Shown in pieces: positions 13,801 through 24,400 of a DNA stretch of 64,000 nucleotides. A program made the translations under genes and the position numbers. This stretch comes from Yuukianura sp. NJ FZ-2021. Taxonomy: Eukaryota. The stretch spans positions 3,410,001 to 3,474,000 of the forward strand of contig CM102288.1 in the NCBI GenBank assembly GCA_046563655.1, read 5' to 3'. Numbering within the stretch: position 1 is the stretch's first letter; the number at the start of each line of letters is the position of its first letter. The notes beneath the pieces are model-generated. The model worked only from the letters and a program-made list of their open reading frames with translations, was not told the origin of the DNA and searched no databases.

Positions 13801-14803
13801 AGTTTACTTGGCTCTGCAGTTTGACTCTCTGCGCAGATTCATAGAGTCTCATGTGCCTGAATCTCAGTGGGAGTCGGTGGCACAACTTGTGGATGAAGCT
13901 GTCATTCTATCCGAAGAACTCCGAAAACTTACTTTTGCTGGCGTGTCTTGTCGTGCAATCAACTATCAAACAACGGTCAATCGTATGGAGACGGTCAATT
14001 GGGTAAGGCGAGAGATTTTGAAAAAAGCGGTATTTTGAAAAACAGAAAATGTAACTTTACTTGTCGTTTTCGTTTTTTAGGAAGTAAAAGAGCTGATGTC
14101 CCAGCACAGTTCCTACGTTGACTTGCTTCTGCGCGAACTTCAAATTTTTTCGATGAAAGTTGAATCCATTTCAGCCAGAGTTTGCATTCCTCAGCCAGTT
14201 GTGACGATTTTGTGGGAACAAATCTTTAAGTATTGTTGTCGAGCGTTTGTTGACGGGTGAGAATTTGATATCGATATGAAATTCTATGAGCATGCGCATG
14301 TTAACTTTTCTTTTTTGGATTCCTAGATGCTCAAGTACCAAGAAATGTTCAAATAGTGGGCGTGGCCTGATGCAACTGGATTTTACTCAGTTTCTGTCCA
14401 AGTTGGAGAAAATTGCTCCAATTTCGTTCAAAGGTCACCCGGACAAGGAGTACGTAGAGTCCTACGTCAAAGCCTACTACATGCCGGAAGTCATCATGGA
14501 GGAATGGATTCAAAATCACTTTGTAAGTACTCCAGCCCAGTATTTGTAGTGAATCGCTGATGCTGACGCTGATTTTGACTTTGTACTAGGAGTATTCTGC
14601 GAGACAATTAGGGGCCTTAGTCCACTGTGCGTGGAATTCGAATAGGAAGGCCCGGCAAAACTTGCTGGGACTCATTGAGCGGTTAGAGAAAGCAAACAAG
14701 TAAGAACTTTTAAAATTTTAAAAAAAACCTGTTTTAGAAGTTTTTTGAAATCTTGAGTTGAAATCGTTTTTTTAACCTTCTTCGTAGGTTAACGAAGATC
14801 TGA
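10890..14803 (+). CDS. VPS50: Syndetin / VPS50 (EARP complex subunit, CCDC132)
   Basis: Multi-exon ORF from ATG 10890 ([14 protein letters not shown]). Motifs [59 protein letters not shown] and [11 protein letters not shown]. The stop is TAA 14701-14703 if unspliced, or TGA 14801-14803 if the last small intron is removed. Confidence 0.92.
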
Positions 14804-15485
14804 AGAATTTAGGACAAAATAGCGGGTAAACAAGGTACACTAGCGTGCTGTTGATTAGTGTCTTCACTGATGACCTCTTTGACCTTGACCTTTGACCTTC
14901 ACTTTTTTTTGGACATTGCAATTGAAGCGGCGTGTTTCATATCATTGGAGGCTCATGACTTTTGGACCAGAAGGTACCAGAATCCAGACAACACGTTAAA
15001 TCAGGAAATGTAGAGAATAAAAACTTTTTTATTTATATTTATTTATACAAGATCCTGAGAGGTTGATTTGAAATGAATTTTAACCTTAATTTTAATTAAC
15101 TTGGCACAATATTTTAAATATTTAGTCCAAACTACACGTTTTTCCTAAAAACTAAAAAAATTATGTCTAAAATTACTAAAATTTTAACCCTTGATGCTAC
15201 TTCAAGCGCACGAAAAAAAACTGAACGTGCAATTGCTCATAAATATTTTTTGGTTGAGAATTTAACCGTGTTTTAAAATTTAAATTGAAATACGTTTCTA
15301 AAAACGATAGTAGTTTTCATAATTTCCTATCGAAATGTTTACATTTTATACAAATTGGGTGGGAACTTATGATTTCCATGCCTATTCGACTAGAGTGTCC
15401 AAAGAAAGGTACATGGAGTTGTGAGTTTCAAAGGGCGTGACCTTTGACCTTGACCTCCGGCGGGTCAAGAAGTATGGTGGGGCAT

Positions 15486-18400
15486 CTACCAGACGTAGCA
15501 TTTGTTTGTAGGGTTCATTGGACTTCCGATGGGGCAGTTGAAGTCTTCATTGAACTTTTTCATGTTAGAGAAGGGCCCAAGGACACGGAATTCCCCTGGG
15601 GAGTGGACCCCCGTCAGAATTCGGAGTTTGAGGGACTCTGGTCGGTACTTGTTGCACCAAACATTGGCAGCACTGATCCAGAACAGTTGGTTCTGGCTGT
15701 ACTTGAGACCAGGGAGGCGCTGAAATTCAAAAGTACACATTTGACCTTTGACCTTTGACCTTAAAACATGCGCAACTGACCTTCTCCTGACCGTGACGTA
15801 CTATCCAGGACTGGTAGGCTTTGTAGGCTTCCTTAATCCCACCGTTGTCGGCAATATTTTCTCCTTGAGTATTGATTCCGTTCAACTGAAACGTGTTAAA
15901 ATAGGAATTGAAATGTCAGAGGTCAAAGTTAGGCTGAAGGTCAAAGGTCACGTACCTTGATACCCACTTCGGGTACCGTGTAGTTTCCGTATTGCGAAAT
16001 GATACACTGGGTTCTGCGGAGATAGGCTTCCTTGGTGGTTGGTTCCCACCAGTCGTACAAGTTCCCCTCCTTGTCAAACTGTCGTCCTTGATCGTCAAAA
16101 CCGTGCGTAATCTCGTGACCTTGAAATTACCAAAATTTTCAAATTGTTAAAAAGTGGAAAAAAGAAAAATTTATCATTAACTCAATAATGCAATGTCGAA
16201 ATCAAGTCTAACCTATGACCCAACCAATGCTGCCGTAGTTGAGGTACCTACAAAAAATAATTCAACGGATGATTTCAATTTCAGTTTTGCAAAATTTTGC
16301 AACTTTTTTTTTGTCAAAATTACCTCGGTCGATCATTTGCAAAGAAAATTCCTTGGAGAATTCCTGCTGGAAATTCTGCAAAGAAGATTATCAAAAAAAT
16401 TTCAAATTCAACTGGATTTTGTCAAATTGTTTCAGAATTTTGAGTTTCTTACGAATAGAGTTTTCGAGTGGAGCGTAGAAAGCGTTGACGACTGCTGGAC
16501 GACCATGTGAAATCCAATCAGTTTTGTTCACACGTTCTCGCAGTTTGTTGTACGCATAGTCAGTTCCAAACGTTGTCAAATTCAGAACATTCTCCAAGTA
16601 TGACTCGTTACCCATGTTCAACTAAAACACAAAAATTTCACAAATCTCAAAACTTCAAAAACCTAAATTTTTCAAAATTTCAAAAACTCTTTTTGAAGTA
16701 TTCACCCCTTCATAGAGTTCCGTGAGTTTGGTATTGTTGAGGAGTTCCTTGGGGTATCCAATGTGTGACTCCATGGACAGGGCCTTGTCATATGCCCTTC
16801 CCCTGTTTGAACAAAGAGTTAGAACAAAGTTTTAAAACAGGAGAAGATTTAGTTCCAGTGGGAGGGAGAGTGAAAAAGTGAAATTGAAATTATGGACAAA
16901 GTGGTCTCCAGAGACACTTTTTGTTCCGTCCAAGTGAAATTACATAATCCATCAGATAGGAAATGAGGAAATAGGAGAGAGAAAGTTAAGTGGTTAGATG
17001 AGGTCATTTCACAAATTCACTTTTCCTTTTCGAAAAAAACGAAAAGGAACACTAAGAAAAAAGTCTCGTCGTTTCAATTAGATTTGAACTTGGAGCGACT
17101 AAAAAAGCGATTTTAGTCTTGATAGACACCGCAATTTGCTTAGCTCACCGCGTAGTTTTATCCATCCAGTCAATGTCTTCCAAAATTTCCAGAAACGACT
17201 TTCGAATATCGGCTACCATTTCCAGAGCAGTGGCTCGTGCTTCTTCCTAAAAAGTAATTTTGACATGAAATTTTGAACATTTTGAAAATATTGAAAATTG
17301 ATTCGCTTTTCCAAAAAGGTACAACTAAACTTTAGTTATACAAAAATTAAACTAACTTGAAAGTGACGGCGGACGTAGAGAGCTCCAACGGCATTGGCAA
17401 GAGACGCTAAAGCACAAAGAATCAAAAACGTTAAACCTGATTTTCAAAATTTCGAAATTTTGAAATTTACCGGACACGACTCCTACGCATTCCTTCCAAC
17501 GCGGTTCACGTTCACCTTTTCCAGTGAGTGCTGTGGTGTAGTCTAACTGAAGTTTCCGAAGAGCAGAGTTCATGTAACTTACAGAAGCGGCCTAAAATTG
17601 ACACAGGTCAACAGAAATTGTTAGCGCTTGACCCGAATTCAAAATTTCAGCGATTTTTTTCATATTTAGCGATTATGCTTACTGCTGCTCGCCACATGAC
17701 GTAGTTAGCCTGGACACGCTTTTCAGTTTCAGACAGCAGCGTCTCCAGCTTCTCAATGTAGCTTGGGACTGTGACGATGATGACCTCGTCATTCTTGACT
17801 TGGACTTTGGGCGGAAGGATTTTGTTAATGTACTCCATCCAGGGGATGGACTGGAAGCGCTCTTGAAGTTCGCCCACGGTCATCGGATTGTACTTTTCAA
17901 AAAAAAGTACAAAATTTTGAACAAATTTTCCAAAAACGAGCAAATTTTTCAGTTTGAAATTTATTTTTGTACCAGTTTTGTAACATTTCGGCGTTCTTCT
18001 CTTGGGAGTGAAAACTGGAGAGAAAAGTGACAAAATGACAAATAAAATGGAAAATTGCAAATTGTTCCGGTTTTTGGTCAAATTTTTCAGTTTTTTCTTA
18101 CATTTGCCAGTTTTTGTTCAAACTCCAGCGCATCCGCCATTTCTCTTTCAGCGACAATCCGATCAGCTCCAAGCATCACAGCCAAATCAACCTTAAAGTA
18201 AAAAATGAATTGAAACAGAAGGAATTGTCCAGAGTTCCAGCGTCTGGAATCGCTGGAAAGGTCCTTCCAGGCCCCTCTGGCCACTACTTACTTGGTACTT
18301 GTGATAAGCCTTTACTTCCGGTTCGTCGAGCCCTTTGACTAAGTACTCTCGACTCAGCCCTAGAGCAGGTTGATCAATCTGGAAAGACACAATAAGTTGT

Positions 18401-21400
18401 ATTCCCCCATGTGAGTCAATAGCCGCCAGGTCGAATCCCACCAAAGTCGGACTTTTTTGTACTTACATCAATGACTCTGTACGTGGAGTTCTTGACATCC
18501 GTAGTCACTGAGAAATCAATAAAGTAGTCAACTGAGTACCCGTGTTGACGAAACCGGTAGACGGAGTCCTTCCACGTGAAGGTGGCAGGGTCCCACGAGG
18601 ACCCTTCCAGAACAGGCCAACCTCCCAGAGTCTTCAGGATGTTGATCATCGGATCCATTCCTAAGCTTTCTATGCGACCTAAGTAAAAAAAGTGACATCA
18701 GTTAGGCATAAATTGACATAAAACATAACGTAACATAACATCTAATTAGTTTAATTAATTTAAATAAGTTAATTAAGTTTTTGACGCCAACTTGCGACCA
18801 AAATGAAGAAAAAGAAGTTGAGGAAGTCATTTCGGGAGAATGGCTTTTCAGGTTTCTTCCTTGAAGTCATAAATCTACTTCTTATGACAATTTATATATA
18901 TATTAACATATTATATAATATTAATTGCTGGTTTGTTGTTAAACAAAGTTGCAATTCCGGTTTTGCAAGGTACATGTGTAACGATGAGTATTTTTACGAG
19001 TACGCGGAAAATTTTAATGAACTCCAAAGCGTCATTGATCTCAAATGAAAATATCTGTACATCATTGCGATACTCTTTCAAAAACGAAGTTGTTGTTTTT
19101 TTTCAAAAAGAAACTACATTTTTGTATTTCAAAACTGCGTGACATGTTTTAAACTGTGACTGGTCACGGAATTGTTACGATTGGCCAAACAAAACGGCGT
19201 GACATGTTTGCTGGACAAACCGTGACCATGTTTTGTCTAAACCTGCCGAATTTCAAAATCTTTAGAAATCTTTCCCCAAAATTTTTTTGGAGTCAACTGG
19301 AAGGTCAAATTTTGAATCACCTTGAACATTCAGAAAATATTCTGAATCACTTTTCAGAAAATGCGCACCAATCAAGATTTCCAGTTTTTCTCAGAATTGT
19401 TTTTAATTCGAAGACGAGTGCGGGGTAGGAACTGATTTTTTTTTCTAAAAGAGATTTGAGTTAAATCTGAGCAATTAGTTGAAATTGGTCTTTTGTTGAT
19501 TCAACTAAAGAGTAATTAATTGAGCACTTGACTAAATGTCAGTTAGTTAACTTACTTTTGTTCATGCATGATTGATAGAGGTTCTTGACTAGGACAAAGG
19601 GCTTTGGTTCATCGGGCATGAGTGGCTCCTCCACGAGGATCCGTACTTGCTCGTCCAGCTTGTCATTTAGCATTCCGAATGTCGTCATCTGCGTCTTGTC
19701 GTCAGGAATCACCGTATTCTTCACGAATCCACCACAAGCAAAGTCATAAAAGTTCTCACAAGGATTCACCGACTCATCCATATTCGCAATCAAAGTGGAA
19801 GCTAAAAAACAACACGTTCAAAAAAAGTTAGTGTAAGATGAAGAAATTCGTTGGAGTAGAGTGTATGAGTGTAGTAGAATGGAAGGAAATGCTAGGAAAT
19901 ATGAAATTTTGAACTCGGTTTCTGATTTTTCTGAAAATTTTTTGAAAAAATACCTGAGAGGACGCATCCCTTGGTGAGACAGACATTTGGGTCCCCTTGA
20001 CCTGCCTGCTCTTCATCAAGGTGGTTGTTGGAGAGAGCTTCTGGTGAAGGCATAAATTCAGATTTGTCAGTCGAGGACACTGGAAAAGCAAACGTGCAAT
20101 AGCAGTGAGGTGAACAAAGGCAAAGCATTTCAACAATTTACCATGCAACAATGTCCATTTTTTAAACATTTCAAATTCTAAACAAATCTAGAAACAAAAT
20201 GAAAAATGTGTGAAAAAGCCAAATAGTAACAATAAAAATCAAATCCAATTCCAGTTCACTGGAGCAGATCGATAGGGGAAATGTCAGTCAATCAACAAGT
20301 GACGGGCGGGACAATTCAATTTGAAAAAGTTGACCTTGACCTTGTGCCAAGGTCAACAGTTTGAACTACATTTTCAAAACTTTGAATTCGCAGGGAGAAA
20401 AAGTTTTGTGCCCAAAACCATCTTTTGTTATTGTCATTTTTCAAACGAGGTCAAGTTGACCTCAAACCCTGTTTCTGCTTTCTCTCTAAACAAAAGAGCG
20501 GTTTTATGAGGAGAATCAACTTTTTTCAAGTTTATGAAAAAGCAGGAAAAGTGAGTTCCCTTTTGTTTTTATTCCAAAAAAGTAGGAAATTCTGCTTTTG
20601 TCTGCTACACCACTCTAACGTTAAAACAAGATTCTCCTTTTTTAGCAGATTCGTCAAAAAATGAAATTTTGTCTAACAAATGAAACTTTTCTTTTTTGTT
20701 TTTGTGAGAATTGTAATCCACTTTCCTCATTTTCAAGCACGAAATTGGCAATAGTAATTGAAATAAAATAAAAACTCGTTTTTTTTTGTTTGATTAACTT
20801 GCAAAAAAAAGTGAAAAAAAGTAAAGTGAGACACTTCCACAAGACAAATGAGGTTTTGCGAACATGAAGTTATGAGGTGAGATGCATCCTTGCATTTTTT
20901 TACATTTGTAAATTGCATCCCGATGACCTTTCAGTTTTCATAGTTGCAATTTTACAGTAATTTTAAAATTTCAACTTTTTCAAACTTTGGCGCCACTCAA
21001 GAAATTTCAAGCACTTTACTCGTTCGGAATTACAAAAAGAAGATCATTGAATCTAATGTCAAAGGTCCGGTCACAAAACCAAATCGAAATCATGCATTTC
21101 TACTTAAAGAGAGTGTACTTTTGCACAGAAAGCGAAACAGTGCTAGCGTGCATTGTCGTGCGCCAACATAAAATGGTGGACAATGCTATGAGGTGTCATG
21201 CTCGGGTTTCAAAAAATTTAATTTTCTAAAAACACGAATTTAAAAAAATTGTTTTTAAAATTTACCTGAAACACGACTTGAGCCAGAAGAAGCCAAAAGT
21301 ACAACGAGGGCTGCACAGGCAACGACAAACAACCCCACGGCAATCACCAAGTTGCGTTCCAAACGACTCCGTCGATTCCACCATGGTGGAGGTCTGAAAT

Positions 21401-24400
21401 TTAAAAAAAATGAAATTTTGAAAATTTCGAGATTTTGATTCAAGGGCTAAGGGGGGACCTGAGACTGCTAGTGTGATTGTGAAGATTCGGATTGTTGATC
21501 TTGTTGGAATGTTGGAATCCAACCCCACCAACCCCGTTGCTACTCGGTGAATTTTGCATTCAATTGCCAATGTCAAAACAGTATTTTTTTTAAATGCCTA
21601 ACTTTTTTTTAAACACCCGAGCTAAGTTTTTCAGTTTTTGTTCTACAATAATTAAACAGTCCACTTGTTCTTCTCCTCCAAAACATTGAGTTATTTCCAA
21701 ATTTCAATAAATTTGAGCAAAATTCAATTTCAAAATTGAACTTTGACCAAAATTGGACATCAACTTAAGTCCTGTACTCCACTTCATACACGATGGGCTC
21801 CATTGTTAAGGAGTTTAAATATGGATTTGTGTGAGTCAGGTTTGGACTGGTGCAGTTTCTGCGTAATTGTTAAATTCACACTTGACTTTCTAATTGTTTT
21901 GTGACGTAGAATTTAAACTTTGCTAATTGAAATGAACAATTTGGGACAGCGTGTGTGACTGACGCTTTCTCTTCGGTTAACGTCTGTGTCTTGAGGGAAC
22001 TCAGAGATGACTGAAACTCTGGTCCACAGAAGCAGTAGTAAATGAAGACGCTGCTACTTTCTCTTCTCGCTGTTTCAGCGATTAGGGTAGCACTAAAGCA
22101 TTGTTTAGTTCAACAAAAAAAAAGCATTCTATTTGATACAAATCAAAGGTCAACTCAATTCTTAAGATTTACTTTGTACAATTAACTAAAAAGTTCCAAC
22201 TTTGACAAAAAACTGATAAAAAACGAAATTTTGTCAAGCGATACAAAGATCTAAAACTTAAAGTGTAGAATTTACGCAACAATTTTTTGCCAAAAATATT
22301 TTGCAAAGAAAACTCTATTTTTTTGCAAATGCGTAGCCAGTTAACTAAGAATTGAATGGAAAAGGAAGAAGTGGACTTCCGATGTTGATAATTGTAGCAA
22401 CAGTGTGTTCTACTCTGATTCGCCAAAAAACGGACCACTTTTTTTCATACTGCACAACATCCGTCACACCAGAAGACCAAACAACTTGATTTACTTGTGC
22501 AAAAAGTAGCCAAATTTTAGCGAATCTAATCCCTAATAAATCCTGACTCAAATTATAATAAATTACAGTAAACTGTCTATTTTTTACAAAACAAAATTTG
22601 AAACTTTCTTTCTGGAAAAAGTCGGACTATAATGCAAGTCTTCTAGGAAGATGAAATTATCTTCCTTGTTATAACTAGGAAGTGTTAAAAAATTGAAATT
22701 AAAGTAAACAGTGTGCAAATTTTTCGCAATCAAGCGTCCTGTGTCGCCAATTTTAGAAATTTGGCACTCTCGTCTAAACTAATGATCTGCTCCATTTCCA
22801 CTTCACACGGAGTGAACAGTAGAGCGTTAGTATTAGCGTCTTAAGTTTAGCAGAAGTGGAAGTCCCCAGTGATTTAAACTCTAATTAAAACATCAACATT
22901 GCAAAAGAATGCAAATATATTAGTTCAAAACATAGGAACAGAAATTGGCAAAACCCTCTTTATGCATAAGCTCTAAGGCGCCTTTACCTTACAAAAACAT
23001 TCAAAACTTAATCTTACAAAAGTCGTTGTTTTGAAAACTCTAATGTTCACTTTTTAAAAACACTTGTCCCAAATTCGTCTTTCTGTTTTAAATTTCCATT
23101 TTGAAGAACTATTGTTTTTTCCGTGCCAAATCATGCGCGATACCCAAACAATATGGTTCCAGGAATGGAGGGAGTAACTAAGAGCTTAAAATTTCAAAAA
23201 ATTCCAAAAAATGATATTGCGTATCAACAATTTTGGGGAAAGTATTGAGTTGTTACTTTTTTTGAAATCCTATACTTGATAAATCAAGTTAAAATCCTGA
23301 ATTGAAAATTGTTAGTTTCAACACAAGGTTGTACTGGAATGGGAAGATGGGTGTCATGGACCGTGGACCAAGCTGTTGTGTTGGCACAAAGCTCAAGATC
23401 ATTTTTCATCATGTCAACTGAGAACAAGTTGGGCCAAAATGTTGATGTCAGCGACAGGTGCTGGAGGTGTCAAGTGACACTCTGATCAATTATTCATCAA
23501 ACCCCACCCAGTCAATCATCAAACATACTTTTACATAGCAAATTTCAAATTTTCAACAAAAAAAAACTACAACAATTTTTGGAATCTTCGAACTGAAAAG
23601 TTGCTGAGAATGGCGGAAGGAAGTAATCATGTGAATTTTTGGGGAGCAAAGACAAGGAAATTGAAATGGAAACACATCTTAATCCTAAGAATAACGTAAC
23701 GTGCTAAAAAAGCATCTTTTGTTAACCTAAACTTAAACATTCCTTCCGTCTCGCTTTCTGCATTTCTTGAGAAGACCAATTTTACACAATCTTTTGGCAC
23801 AAAAATTCTCAAAAGTGACCAAAACTGTTTTTTTTTCTCCAAAATCTAAAAATTCGCAAATCTGTATCATGTCGAATTTCAATGAAGTGGAAAATACACC
23901 ATTACCTAAATGAGAGTGATGACTATGTAACTGGTTTCATTTGACAAAGTTGGGGAACTGTAAACACCTAATTTGGCATTCTGCAGAAAATTGTTGCAAA
24001 ATTTTTGCCAATTTGGTTTCCAGTTTTGTCCAAAAACAGAAACAACGTCAACTTACGAAGAAATTCAGGTCTCAATCCGTTTCGTGGGAAAAAATAATTG
24101 AAAAGTGCTGGAATTTACCAGATAAGATCCAATTTCTAATTTTATGAAAAACATGAACTTCAGTTGGCCAGTTTTTGAAAAACAACAAAAATTTCCCATA
24201 CGAGTGAACTTTCTGACGTGTACGCCTTTTCCTTTGTTGGACTCCAAAATTCGCTAATGACTAAACACAATTCTGCGATTCTGCGACCTTTATCCATTGT
24301 GCAAAATTTTGACCTCGAAACCTAACGTCACACAATTAAACTTCAGCACGAATGGATTCAGTCATGATTTTTACAGTTTGCAAAAATTTTAAAAACGAAA

